NCBI GenBank assembly: GCA_019510435.1
Contig: JAEKKJ010000011.1
Coordinates: 115,252 to 179,251, forward strand
Length of the DNA: 64,000 nt
From: Caulobacterales bacterium
GTDB lineage: Bacteria > Pseudomonadota > Alphaproteobacteria > Caulobacterales > Caulobacteraceae
Direction: 5' to 3'
In this document: piece after piece, positions 55,394 through 64,000 of the stretch
Layout of the letters: the number at the start of each line of letters is the position of its first letter
Position numbering within the stretch: the first letter of the stretch is position 1
Translations under genes and position numbers: made by a program
Notes under the pieces: generated by a model
What the model was told of the DNA's origin: nothing
What the model saw: only the letters and a program-made list of their open reading frames with translations
Databases searched by the model: none

Positions 55394-56550
55394 CGCCGGT
55401 CCGACGGCTGACGGAAGATGAGGTCCGGCCCGATCTGGTCGATGCGATGCACGCCCGCCAGGGTCATGGCGACCCGCATCTCGGCCTCGACGATCTCCAG
55501 CATGTGGGCCACGCCGTCCGCGCCGCCGGCCGCCAGGGCATAGGCCCAGGCGCGGCCCAGCAGCACGCCGTCCGCGCCCAGGGCCAGCATGCGCACCACA
55601 TCGAGCCCCGAGCGCACGCCGCCGTCCGCGAGGATCTTCAGCCGGCCCTGCACCGCCTCGACGATGTGCGGCAGCGCCCGCGCGGTGGACGGCGCGCCGT
55701 CCAGCTGGCGGCCGCCGTGGTTGGAGACCACGATCCCGTCAGCACCGAGCGCCGCCGCCTCGTGCGCATCGGTCGGGTCCAGCACGCCCTTGATGATCAG
55801 CGGCCCGGTCCAGGCCGTGCGGATGAAATCAAGGTCGGCCCAGGTGATGGTCGGATCGAAGTTCGTCCGCATCCAGCGGAAGAAGTCCTCCAGGCCGGTC
55901 CGCCCGGCCAGCACCGGGGCGACGTTGCCCAGGTGGTGCGGGCCGCCGCGCAGGCCCACGTCCAGCGCCCAGCGCGGCTTGCCCATGGCCTGCAGCCCGC
56001 GCCGCATCGCGCCGCCCAGTCCCGGCGCGCCCGCCAGCCCCGACCGGTAGTCGCGGTAGCGCGAGCCCGGCACCGGCATGTCGACCGTGAACATCAGCGC
56101 CGAGCAGCCGGCCGCTCGCGCCGCATCCAGCAGCTCGCGCATGAAGCCCCGGTCCCGGATCATGTAGAGCTGGAACCAGAACGGCTGCGTGCCGCTCGCC
56201 GCCACCTCGGAGAGGCTGCAGACCGAGACCGTGGAGAGGGTGAAGGGCACGCCCGCCGCCGCCGCGGCCCGCGCCGCCTGCACCTCGCCCCGCCGCGCGT
56301 TCATGCCCGCCAGGCCCACCGGCGCCAGGGCTAGCGGCAGGCTCAGGGCCTGGCCGAACAGCTCGGTCCGCAGGTCGATCGCCGGCCCGCCTCGCAGCAC
56401 GCGCTGGCGCAGGGCCACGGCGCGCAGGTCCGCCCGGTTGGCCTCCAGCGTCACCTCGTCGAACGAGCCGCCGTCGATATATTCGAACAGGAACCGCGGC
56501 AGCCGCCGGCGCGCCAGCTCCCGATAGTCGGCGACGGATGGCGGCCTCAT
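55330..56550 (-). CDS. lldD: FMN-dependent L-lactate dehydrogenase
   Basis: ATG 56550 overlaps upstream stop; [47 protein letters not shown]. Confidence 0.9.
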   Translation of the reverse strand: MRPPSVADYRELARRRLPRFLFEYIDGGSFDEVTLEANRADLRAVALRQRVLRGGPAIDLRTELFGQALSLPLALAPVGLAGMNARRGEVQAARAAAAAGVPFTLSTVSVCSLSEVAASGTQPFWFQLYMIRDRGFMRELLDAARAAGCSALMFTVDMPVPGSRYRDYRSGLAGAPGLGGAMRRGLQAMGKPRWALDVGLRGGPHHLGNVAPVLAGRTGLEDFFRWMRTNFDPTITWADLDFIRTAWTGPLIIKGVLDPTDAHEAAALGADGIVVSNHGGRQLDGAPSTARALPHIVEAVQGRLKILADGGVRSGLDVVRMLALGADGVLLGRAWAYALAAGGADGVAHMLEIVEAEMRVAMTLAGVHRIDQIGPDLIFRQPSDRRQASATHSAQPNPDAPWRLPL

Positions 56551-59273
56551 GCGAACCGGGCGACCAGCGCGCTGAGCTGGGTGGCCGCGAGCCCCCATTG
56601 CGCCGCGTCGTTGGTGGAGACCCCGACGATCTCGTCCACGGGGTTCAGCACCGCCGGCCCCTCGATGCGGTGTGGCCGCGCATCCGCCAGGCGGTCGGGG
56701 CGGTCGCCCTGCCCGCTGAACTCCGCCCAGGCCCGTCTCGCCAGAGCCGGGTCGTTGCGCTTGACGGCCGCATAGGCCGTGAACCGCGAATGGCCCTGGC
56801 GCAGGCCCCGCGGGGCGGCCGGCGCGCCGGTCTTCGCCGTGAACTCCGCCGGCGGGGCGTTGTAGTACTGGCAGTAGTCCAGCCAGGCCTCCCGGTACTT
56901 CGGCACGTCCAGCAGCTCCAGCAGCTCCACGTGCATCTCGAACACCCCGAACGCGCCGTTGAGGTGGCTGATGGTCACTTTGTCGCCGGGGCCGGTGAAC
57001 CGCCCCGAGGCCAGGTCGTAGAACGCGTAGCCGGCGAACCATTGCTTGGGCAGGGCGGCGATGGACTCCATCCCGGCCACGATGCGGTCGCGCCAGCGCG
57101 TGTCGCCGGTCCGCTCCCACTCGGTGAACCAGGCGGCGACCAGCGAGCCCCAGACGGTCCCGAAGCTCATCATCACCTGCCCGGGCGGCGGCTTGACCGG
57201 CGGCGTGGGCGGGAGGCTGACCGAGCCCACCTTGCGCTCGATCTCCACCGTCAGCAGGGCGCGGTCGGAGTCGACCAGCGCATGCATCAGGTCGCCCACC
57301 CGCTCGTCCGTGGTCATGTAGTAGTAGATCCGGCGGTAGGCGGCGTTGGAGATCCGCGGCTGCTTGGAGCTATCGCCCCAGTGCTGCACCCCGTGCCGCG
57401 TGCCCAGGCCCCTGAACCGGCCGGCGTGGTAGACGTCGACCTCCCCCGTATGTCGCGTCATGGCCTCGGCCATGCGGAAGACGTCCGCCCGCCCGCTGCG
57501 CAGATAGGCGTACCAGAGCCACAGGTCGGACGAGAGCTCGCTGTTGTCCCAGGCGAACCCGCCGATGTCATAGCGCCAGACGTGCCGGTCGTTGTCGTAG
57601 CTGTGCTGGACGTCGCCGTAGTTCCAGAAACCGTACCAGCGGCGCTGCTCCACCTGGCCCAGGTAGAAGTCGAGCTCGCGGCGGGCCCGGTCCTCCAGCT
57701 GGCCCAGGGTGGGCGATGAGCGGTCGACGAAGCCCCAGGCGCCGAACATGCCCGCTGCGTGGATGTGCTGTGGGCTGGCCAGCAGCCGCGGCGGCCGGGC
57801 GGTCAGGGCCGCCATCTCCGCCAGCCGCTCGCGCGTCGGCGTTCGCGGGAGGGCCCAGATCCGGAACTCCGTGGTCCGCGCGATCCCCTGCGCCGAGCCC
57901 CAGCCGGGCTCGAAGTCCTCGTAGGTGACGTCCAGCCCCAGGTTCTGGTGGTAGTAGTCCGTCTCGCCCAGGTCGCCGTGGTAGAAGCGCAGGTCCATCG
58001 GGGCCGCGTCGGGCGAATAGGACCAGAGCGTGAAGCGCGCCGTGTCGGACGCCGCATCGCGGATGTCGAGCCGCACCGGCGCCCGCTGCCAGAAGTCGCC
58101 GAGCCCAAAACCGACGCCGCCCGAAGCGCCGCCCACATAGCCGAAGCCGGGGGCCCTCGCCCCGCCGTCCGCCGAGATCCAGCCGTGGACCGGTCCCGTG
58201 CGCTTGGTGATGGTGAAGCCGTCGGGGTTGGGCTGGGACAGGGTGAAGTCGCCCCAGGCCGGGATGTACTGCAGCTCGTCGCGAAGGGTCGGCGGCATCT
58301 GCTCCAGCGGCGGCGTGGCCTCGCCCGCCACCTGGGCGGTGCGGAAGGCCGGGCCCGGGTCGCGCCGCAGGCCCGTCAGCGGGCGCACCGCCTCGGCCCA
58401 GAGGCCCCCGCCCTGCCCGCCGAACCGCACGTGGCGGTCGTGCGGCGCATCGGCCATGGGCGCCTCGCCGGTCAGGCCCAGCCCGCTGACGAAGCGCCGG
58501 GCGGGGTCGCCGTCGAACACCAGGCTGTGGACCATGCGCACCTGCGGCGAGCCGGCATGGAAGTAGAGGCGCAGGGTGAAGGGCAGCCAGGCCTCACCGG
58601 GTCCCTGGTGGCGCCCCTCCAGCCGGATCACCGCCCGCAGCGGCCCGCGCTGTTCGACGCTCGCCGAGGCCACGGCGCCGACGAAGCGCTCGCGGCGGAC
58701 GTTCTCGGCCTCCTTGTCCGGCTGGTCCTGGGCGGTGGCGACCAGGCCGACCGCGCGCATCACCTCTCGGCCGCCGATCCGCGCCGACTGGATGACCGTC
58801 TCGCCCGCGCGCCCGATCCGCCAGACCACGCCGGCGCAGGTTACTTCGAGGCTGTCGGGCAGCTCCCGGACTGCGACCGGTTGGGGATGCGGGGCGGGCT
58901 TGCCGGGCCGCAGGATCGCCCCCAGCCCCGGCATGGCGCCCGCGGCCAGTGCATGGCCGGTCCACTTGATCGAGCCGTCGGGCCACCAGGCCAGGGGCCA
59001 GCTCTGCACCGGCACGACCTCCGCCCCGGCTCCGACCAGCTGGTAGCCCTGCGCGGAATAGCGCTGCCCCCGCGCCCACGGGTGGCCCCAGCATTGGCCT
59101 TCGTCCAGGGTCGGCGGCTGGCCGTCCAGCCATACGACCGGGCCGGGATTGGCGGCGGGACCGCTCTCCTGCGCGCTCGCCGCGCCGGCGGCGGCGTCCA
59201 CGCCCAGGGCCGCGCCGCCGACCAGCGCCGTGTGGCCCAGGAAGTCCCGACGGCTGATGCCCGAACCGCTCAT
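56547..59273 (-). CDS. Tat-exported exo-rhamnogalacturonan lyase-like protein (PL26 / YetA-like)
   Basis: SRRDFLG signal; [51 protein letters not shown], recalled as typical of this family; context agrees. Confidence 0.72.
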   Translation of the reverse strand: MSGSGISRRDFLGHTALVGGAALGVDAAAGAASAQESGPAANPGPVVWLDGQPPTLDEGQCWGHPWARGQRYSAQGYQLVGAGAEVVPVQSWPLAWWPDGSIKWTGHALAAGAMPGLGAILRPGKPAPHPQPVAVRELPDSLEVTCAGVVWRIGRAGETVIQSARIGGREVMRAVGLVATAQDQPDKEAENVRRERFVGAVASASVEQRGPLRAVIRLEGRHQGPGEAWLPFTLRLYFHAGSPQVRMVHSLVFDGDPARRFVSGLGLTGEAPMADAPHDRHVRFGGQGGGLWAEAVRPLTGLRRDPGPAFRTAQVAGEATPPLEQMPPTLRDELQYIPAWGDFTLSQPNPDGFTITKRTGPVHGWISADGGARAPGFGYVGGASGGVGFGLGDFWQRAPVRLDIRDAASDTARFTLWSYSPDAAPMDLRFYHGDLGETDYYHQNLGLDVTYEDFEPGWGSAQGIARTTEFRIWALPRTPTRERLAEMAALTARPPRLLASPQHIHAAGMFGAWGFVDRSSPTLGQLEDRARRELDFYLGQVEQRRWYGFWNYGDVQHSYDNDRHVWRYDIGGFAWDNSELSSDLWLWYAYLRSGRADVFRMAEAMTRHTGEVDVYHAGRFRGLGTRHGVQHWGDSSKQPRISNAAYRRIYYYMTTDERVGDLMHALVDSDRALLTVEIERKVGSVSLPPTPPVKPPPGQVMMSFGTVWGSLVAAWFTEWERTGDTRWRDRIVAGMESIAALPKQWFAGYAFYDLASGRFTGPGDKVTISHLNGAFGVFEMHVELLELLDVPKYREAWLDYCQYYNAPPAEFTAKTGAPAAPRGLRQGHSRFTAYAAVKRNDPALARRAWAEFSGQGDRPDRLADARPHRIEGPAVLNPVDEIVGVSTNDAAQWGLAATQLSALVARFA

Positions 59274-59368
59274 GACGTCCTCCCCCGCCCGGCCTTTCGT
59301 CGTGGCCGGCACAGGGCGGGAAAGCTACAGAAGCCGCGCGATTGCGCAATAGGTGAGATTAGTTCCCG

Positions 59369-59382
59369 ATATGTGGGACAAA
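59369..59382. promoter_or_regulatory. Candidate IclR-family operator upstream of the lyase gene
   Basis: ATATGTGGGACAAA, within imperfect palindrome TCCCGATATGTGGGA; 13/14 identical to 63748-63761. Confidence 0.55.
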
Positions 59383-59383
59383 C

Positions 59384-60148
59384 CTATTGCAGGTTCACGA
59401 ACGCGCCGCCGTCCACCAGCAGGGCCGCGCCGGTGACATAGCGGGCCATGTCGGACGCCAGGAAGACGATCGGCCCGGCCAGGTCCTCGGGTTGGCCCAG
59501 GCGGCCCAGGGGCACGCGGGCCTCCATGCGCTCGCGCTTGGCCGCGTCGGCGAGGTCGTCGCGGTTGATCTCGGTGAGGATGGTGCCGGGCAGCACCGAG
59601 TTGCAGCGGATGCCGTGGCGGCCCAGGGCGATGGCGGTGGACTGCATCAGCGAGTGAACGCCGGCCTTGGTGGGGGTGTAGTGGGTCTGGAATTCGCCGC
59701 CGACCAGGGCCGAGATCGACGAGACCGCGACGATGGCCCCGCCATGGCCCTGGGCCACCATCTGCCGCGCCGCCGCCTGCACCATGAAGTAGGCCCCGTG
59801 CAGATTGACCTGAAGGGTCCGTTCCAGGGTCTCGACGGGCATGTCGAGGAAGGCATGGAACGGGCAGATGCCGGCATTGCTGACGAAGACGTCGACCTTG
59901 CCGAAGGCCTCGGCGCCGCGGGCCGCGAAGGCGGCGGCGGTCGCGACATCGGCCACATCGCCCTCCAGGTGGAAGGCGCGGCGGCCCAGCGCCTCGATCT
60001 CGGCGACGCAGGTCTGCGCCTCGGCGCGGCTGCCCAGGAAGTTGATGCCGACGTCCGCGCCCTGCCGCGCCGCTTCGATGGCCGTGGCCCGGCCGATTCC
60101 CGTCGAGCCGCCGGTGATCAGGACCGCCTTGCCCTCGAGCAGCTTCAT
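59384..60148 (-). CDS. SDR oxidoreductase, L-rhamnose 1-dehydrogenase (LRA1)-like
   Basis: TGGSTGIG, NAGICPFHAFLDMP, SSISALVGG.FQTHYTPTK, ends FVNLQ. Confidence 0.8.
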   Translation of the reverse strand: MKLLEGKAVLITGGSTGIGRATAIEAARQGADVGINFLGSRAEAQTCVAEIEALGRRAFHLEGDVADVATAAAFAARGAEAFGKVDVFVSNAGICPFHAFLDMPVETLERTLQVNLHGAYFMVQAAARQMVAQGHGGAIVAVSSISALVGGEFQTHYTPTKAGVHSLMQSTAIALGRHGIRCNSVLPGTILTEINRDDLADAAKRERMEARVPLGRLGQPEDLAGPIVFLASDMARYVTGAALLVDGGAFVNLQ

Positions 60149-60164
60149 CGGCCCATCCCCATCG

Positions 60165-61001
60165 TCAGCGTCTCACCCGGTGCTTGCGCGGCGCCCGGGG
60201 CTCGTTGGGATCCCACCCCAGTTCCTCGCTGATGGCGTTGGCGGTGGCCACCACCTCGACGCTCAGCGCCGCCATGCGCTCGTCGGCCATGTACTGAGCG
60301 GCGCTGGAGACGCTGATGGCGGCCACGATCTCGCCGGCGGCGTCGCGGATCGGTGCGGCCACGCAGCGGATGCGGTCCTCGTTCTCCTCGAGATCGAAGG
60401 CGTAGCCCTTGGCCGCGTAGGCCTGCATGCGCTCCAGCCAGACCGAATAGCTGACGGTGTGCCGCCCCAACGGGTCCTCGCTGCCGAACAGGCTGCTCCA
60501 GAGCGTTGGCTCGCCGTCCAGCAGCAGGGCCTTGCCGAGGCCGGTCGATGTGAGGGGGTGGCGGTCGCCGATGCGGCTGGAGATCTCCACCCGCCGTTTG
60601 CCCGGGATCTTGTCCAGGTAGAGGGCGCGCCCTTCGTCGGGGACCCCCAGGTGCACGGTATCCTCGGTGGCGGCCGCCAGGTCCTCGATGTGCGGCCGCG
60701 CGGCGCGCACCACGTCCACGTCGCTCTGGGCGATGAAGCCCAGCTGGATGATCTTCGGGCCAAGCCGGTATCCCGAGCGGGGCCGGAACGTCAGGTAGCG
60801 CCGCTCGACCAGGGCGTTGGCCAGGCGGTGCGTGGTCGAGCGGTTCAGGCCCAGACGGGCGGCCAGGTCGCCCAGGGCGATGGGCCCGTCGGCCACGGCC
60901 TCGATCACGTCGAGGCCGCGAACGAGGGTCTGGCTGCCGGACGGCTGGGCGGGCGGCTCGGCGGCGGTCTTGGGGTCCTCGGCGATGTCGGCGTCTTTCA
61001 T
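60165..61001 (-). CDS. IclR-family transcriptional regulator
   Basis: QTLVRGLDVIE, LGLNRSTTHRL, STGLGKALL, RCVAAPIRD. Confidence 0.9.
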   Translation of the reverse strand: MKDADIAEDPKTAAEPPAQPSGSQTLVRGLDVIEAVADGPIALGDLAARLGLNRSTTHRLANALVERRYLTFRPRSGYRLGPKIIQLGFIAQSDVDVVRAARPHIEDLAAATEDTVHLGVPDEGRALYLDKIPGKRRVEISSRIGDRHPLTSTGLGKALLLDGEPTLWSSLFGSEDPLGRHTVSYSVWLERMQAYAAKGYAFDLEENEDRIRCVAAPIRDAAGEIVAAISVSSAAQYMADERMAALSVEVVATANAISEELGWDPNEPRAPRKHRVRR

Positions 61002-61064
61002 GGCAGGCTGGCGTCCTAAGGCGTTCGTGCGGCGCTCTCGAAACTGCGCCCGGATGGCGCAAAG

Positions 61065-61079
61065 ATCACATCTCGGGAC
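61065..61079. promoter_or_regulatory. Third copy of the candidate IclR operator, upstream of the iclR-type gene
   Basis: Minus strand reads GTCCCGAGATGTGAT versus TTCCCGATATGTGGG at 59363-59377. Confidence 0.45.
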
Positions 61080-61085
61080 GCAGTC

Positions 61086-62612
61086 TCACGCGACGCCGTT
61101 CCTCCCCCATAGCTGTTCATAGCGCCAGCCGGAAAGTCGCTCGACGAGCTGGCGGTGCTCCGGTGAGGTCGGCGGGGCCTGCGGGTCGGCGCGCAGGTGC
61201 TCGATCTCCGCCATCAGCACGGCGTGGGTCTTCGGATCCAGGCGGAAGAACAGCGAGACCCAGACCCCGAACGCCAGCAGCGCCAGCGTCCCGAACCCGA
61301 GCACGGCCACGATGGCGGCCACCGCGCCAGGGCTCTGGGTCGCGGCCTTGGAGACGAAGCCCGAGGCCTGCATCACCTGGCCCACCAGCACGACCGCCAG
61401 CGCCTGGGACAGCTTGCGCACGAAGGTCATGACCCCGGCGAAGGCGCCCTCGCGCCGCTTGCCGGTGACGATCTCGTCCACGTCGGCCATGTAGTTGTAG
61501 GTCGCCCAGGGGATGTAGTTGAGCCCGCCGCGGCCGAGGCCGGCGAGCACCACCGGCAGCCAGAAGAGCGCGCTGGTCGCCGTGTGGCCGGCCCGGTACA
61601 TGCCGATGAACACGATCACGCCCAGGCCGAAGCTGAGCGCCGCCAGCCGGTAGGCGAAGGCCGGCGAGACGCGCAGGGCGAAGACGATGGCCAGCCCCAC
61701 GGCGATCAGCTGCACCGCATAGGTGACGCTCACCAGGTCGGCGACCACCGCCGTCGATCCCGCCAGGGCGAAGATCACGAAGTAGGTGAAGGCGGCGTTG
61801 TAGATGTCCTGGCTGATGTAGCCGCCCAGGTACATGCCCAGGTGCAGCCGGAACGCGCGGATCCGCAGGGTGGAGAAGAGGTTGCGGTAGAGGCCCAGGA
61901 AGGCGGCGCCGAACGAGACCGGCGGGCCCTGCGTCGCGTCGGCCGTCGCGCTGCGCGGCCGCTCCCAGGTGAAGAGGTAGAGGACGCCGGCGGTCAGCAT
62001 GAACAGGCCGGCGAAGATCACCCCCATGTAGAGGTAGGTGTCGGGCGAATCCTTGCCCAACCGGTGGATCAGCCAGCCCGGCAGCGAGGCCGCCGCGATG
62101 GCCGAGAGCTGGCCGCAGAGGATGCGCGCGCCGGCGAACTTGGCCTTGGTCCGGTAGTCGCTGGCCATCTCCGCGGCCAGGGTCTCGTAGGGGATGATGA
62201 CGCTGGCGTAGACCAGCTCGAAGAGCACGTAGGTCACGAGGTAGTAGAGGAAGGTCTGGCCCGAGACCCACATGATGGCGAACGACGGCAGCAGGGGGAT
62301 GGCCGCCAGGATCAGGGGCCGACGGCGGCCGAACCGCCGCCCGGAGCGGGTGCGGCCCAGGTTGTCGGACACATAGCCGATCAGCGGGCTCGCCACCGCG
62401 TCGAGCAGGCGCGCGACGCCGAAGATCAGCGTCGCCTGGCCCGCGGAGAGGCCACAGAAGCTGGTGTAGAAGATCAGGATCCAGGTGCTGATCACCGCCA
62501 TGGATCCGGCGCCCAGGACGTCGTTGCCGCCATAGGCCAGGTAGGTGAACCAGCGGACCTTGCGCGGCTCGCGCGGGGCCAGGCCTGGGGCGCCCGGATC
62601 CGGGGCGCTCAT
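61086..62612 (-). CDS. MFS sugar transporter, glycoside-pentoside-hexuronide (GPH) type
   Basis: C-terminal part of track ORF 61086..63563; RFGRRRP, IPYETLAAEM, DVDEIVTGKRREG.FAG..TF.RK. Confidence 0.85.
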   Translation of the reverse strand: MSAPDPGAPGLAPREPRKVRWFTYLAYGGNDVLGAGSMAVISTWILIFYTSFCGLSAGQATLIFGVARLLDAVASPLIGYVSDNLGRTRSGRRFGRRRPLILAAIPLLPSFAIMWVSGQTFLYYLVTYVLFELVYASVIIPYETLAAEMASDYRTKAKFAGARILCGQLSAIAAASLPGWLIHRLGKDSPDTYLYMGVIFAGLFMLTAGVLYLFTWERPRSATADATQGPPVSFGAAFLGLYRNLFSTLRIRAFRLHLGMYLGGYISQDIYNAAFTYFVIFALAGSTAVVADLVSVTYAVQLIAVGLAIVFALRVSPAFAYRLAALSFGLGVIVFIGMYRAGHTATSALFWLPVVLAGLGRGGLNYIPWATYNYMADVDEIVTGKRREGAFAGVMTFVRKLSQALAVVLVGQVMQASGFVSKAATQSPGAVAAIVAVLGFGTLALLAFGVWVSLFFRLDPKTHAVLMAEIEHLRADPQAPPTSPEHRQLVERLSGWRYEQLWGRNGVA

Positions 62613-63712
62613 ATGTAGGTCCGAAGGAACTCGGCCAGGGCGCAGATCGCCAGGCTCTGGCCGTAGGGCATCGAGGTCACCGCGATGTCCTTGTAGAACT
62701 GCAGGGTGTCGCCCATCGCGGTGCCGAAGCTGACCTGCTGCAGCTCGCCCGCCGGATCGATATTGGCCAGTACGGCCTTCACCGCCTTGACGCCCACGGC
62801 CTCGAACTCGGCCGGCAGGTAGCGCTTCCTCACGGCCTTCAGGATCCCATAGGCGAAGCCGGCGGTGGCGGAGGCCTCCAGGTAGCTGGTGGGATCGACG
62901 ATCAGGGTGCGCCACAGGCCGCTCTCGTCCTGGTGCGCCGCCAGGGCGCGGACCTGGGCGGCCAGGGTGTCGATCAGCACCGTGCGGAAGGCGTCGCCGT
63001 CCGGCAGGTCCAGCATCTCGATGATCTCGGGGATCGCAATGGTGACCCAGCAGTTGCCCCGCGCCCACAGCGCGCCGGCGAAGTTGTGCCGCTCCAGGAA
63101 CGTCCAGCCGTGGAACCAGAGACCGGTCTTGCGGTCGGTCAGGTACTTGATGTGCACCAGGAACTGGCGCTTGGCCTCTTCCACATAGTGCGGGCGATCC
63201 AGCAGCAGGCCGATCTTGGCCAGCGGCAGGACCGACATCATCAGAGTGTCGTCCCAGAGCTCGCCGGGGTTCTCGTCGTTGAAGACGATGTGCTGGAACC
63301 CGCCCTCCTCGGTCTTGGGCAGGCCGGCCGGGTCCATCAGCCACTCGGCCCAGGTGTCGAGATAGGGCAGGTGGCTGGCCTCGCCGCTGCGCTCGTAGAG
63401 GTAGGCCAGCGTCAGGAACGGCGACATGGTGTTGATGTTCTTGGTCGGCGTGCCCTGGGCGAAGCGGTCGCGGAACCAGGCCTCGATGATCTCCAGAGCG
63501 CGGGGCTCGCCCGTCTGTTCGAAGTAGCGGTAGAGGCCGAACAGGCCGACGCCGTGGGTCCATTCCCAGTCGTTCCAGCCCTTGGTGTCGATCACCCGGC
63601 CGTCGTCGAGGCGCAGCAGGAACTCCCCGGTCTCGTCCTTGATGTTGACGAGGTTCTCGATCAGCCGGCCGATGGCGTCGGTGACCACGCCCCGCGGAAC
63701 GTCGTGGCTCAT
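62609..63712 (-). CDS. GH105 unsaturated rhamnogalacturonyl hydrolase (YteR-like); alternative TTG start 63721
   Basis: WEWTHGVGL.G, LWDDTLMM, HGW, WARGNCW, YLEASATA, PYGQ. Confidence 0.88.
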   Translation of the reverse strand: MSHDVPRGVVTDAIGRLIENLVNIKDETGEFLLRLDDGRVIDTKGWNDWEWTHGVGLFGLYRYFEQTGEPRALEIIEAWFRDRFAQGTPTKNINTMSPFLTLAYLYERSGEASHLPYLDTWAEWLMDPAGLPKTEEGGFQHIVFNDENPGELWDDTLMMSVLPLAKIGLLLDRPHYVEEAKRQFLVHIKYLTDRKTGLWFHGWTFLERHNFAGALWARGNCWVTIAIPEIIEMLDLPDGDAFRTVLIDTLAAQVRALAAHQDESGLWRTLIVDPTSYLEASATAGFAYGILKAVRKRYLPAEFEAVGVKAVKAVLANIDPAGELQQVSFGTAMGDTLQFYKDIAVTSMPYGQSLAICALAEFLRTYI

Positions 63713-63747
63713 CGCAGCCAAGTCGGCGCCCTCCCCCGCAGATCGAA

Positions 63748-63778
63748 ATATGTGAGACAAATGTTCAACATCTGAACA
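63748..63778. promoter_or_regulatory. Candidate IclR operator plus adjacent palindrome upstream of the GH105 gene
   Basis: ATATGTGAGACAAA (63748-63761) directly followed by TGTTCA-N5-TGAACA (63762-63778). Confidence 0.55.
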
Positions 63779-63808
63779 CTAGAGGTGGGGTCTGACGGCG
63801 TCAAACGC

Positions 63809-64000
63809 TTACAGCCCGTGCCGGCGGGCGAAATGCAGGAAGAGGTCCAGCCAGGGATAGGGCCGCCCGTCGGGCAGCGGCGGCGGAAAGCCATGCCCGC
63901 CCTTTTCGAAGACCATCAGCTCGGTCGGGACCTTTGCGGCGCGCAGGGCGTCGAACAGGCGAAGGCTGTTGGCGGGATCCACCACCGGATCGTCCGCGGC
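63809..64000 (-). CDS. Alpha/beta hydrolase (probable carbohydrate esterase), C-terminal fragment
   Basis: Not in the track; hand translation AADDPVVDPANSLRLFDALRAAKVPTELMVFEKGGHGF...RHGL-stop, with catalytic Asp and His motifs. Confidence 0.8.
   Translation of the reverse strand, partial: AADDPVVDPANSLRLFDALRAAKVPTELMVFEKGGHGFPPPLPDGRPYPWLDLFLHFARRHGL

Noticed and set aside
60145-61062. 305-aa minus-strand ORF whose stop overlaps the SDR start
   Set aside because: Off-frame to the clearly recognisable IclR gene (60165-61001); low-complexity translation.
63713-63760. Track start at 63760 for GH105
   Set aside because: It would place the candidate operator inside the CDS; the GGGGAGGG RBS fits TTG 63721 or ATG 63712.

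Overview
Very GC-rich alphaproteobacterial chromosomal segment. Gene content and motifs point to Caulobacteraceae, probably Phenylobacterium-like (inference, no database search run). About 62 real CDS and one tRNA-Val(CAC). Most long ORFs in the six-frame track are antisense or off-frame shadows of real genes. Core-type blocks: gor-rpiA-glmU, mlaA-C-D-E-F, a second Mce/Mla-type ABC system, frmA, folD, and the sulfur assimilation operon cobA(cysG)-DUF2849-cysI-DUF934-cysH-fpr. Accessory-looking blocks: (i) after the tRNA, a Tat amidohydrolase, a cyoABCD quinol oxidase, a nitronate monooxygenase-family gene and a hexuronide utilisation locus (manD, ExuT-like MFS, Aec37-like GH31, TonB-dependent receptor, FadR/GntR regulator, Tat-exported GH2 beta-glucuronidase) with recognisable tandem operators; (ii) a three-gene cassette of PhyH-family dioxygenase, SAM methyltransferase with an RHH-like tail, and a five-bladed beta-propeller protein; (iii) a rhamnogalacturonan-I / L-rhamnose locus (esterase, GH105, GPH-type MFS, IclR, L-rhamnose dehydrogenase-like SDR, Tat PL26-like lyase, lldD) with a repeated candidate operator. 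Notable non-coding signals: tandem PhaR-like boxes upstream of a patatin gene, a 130-bp palindromic intergenic element, and structured leaders upstream of a 3D-domain gene and the cys operon. No integrase, transposase, CRISPR array or rRNA was seen.
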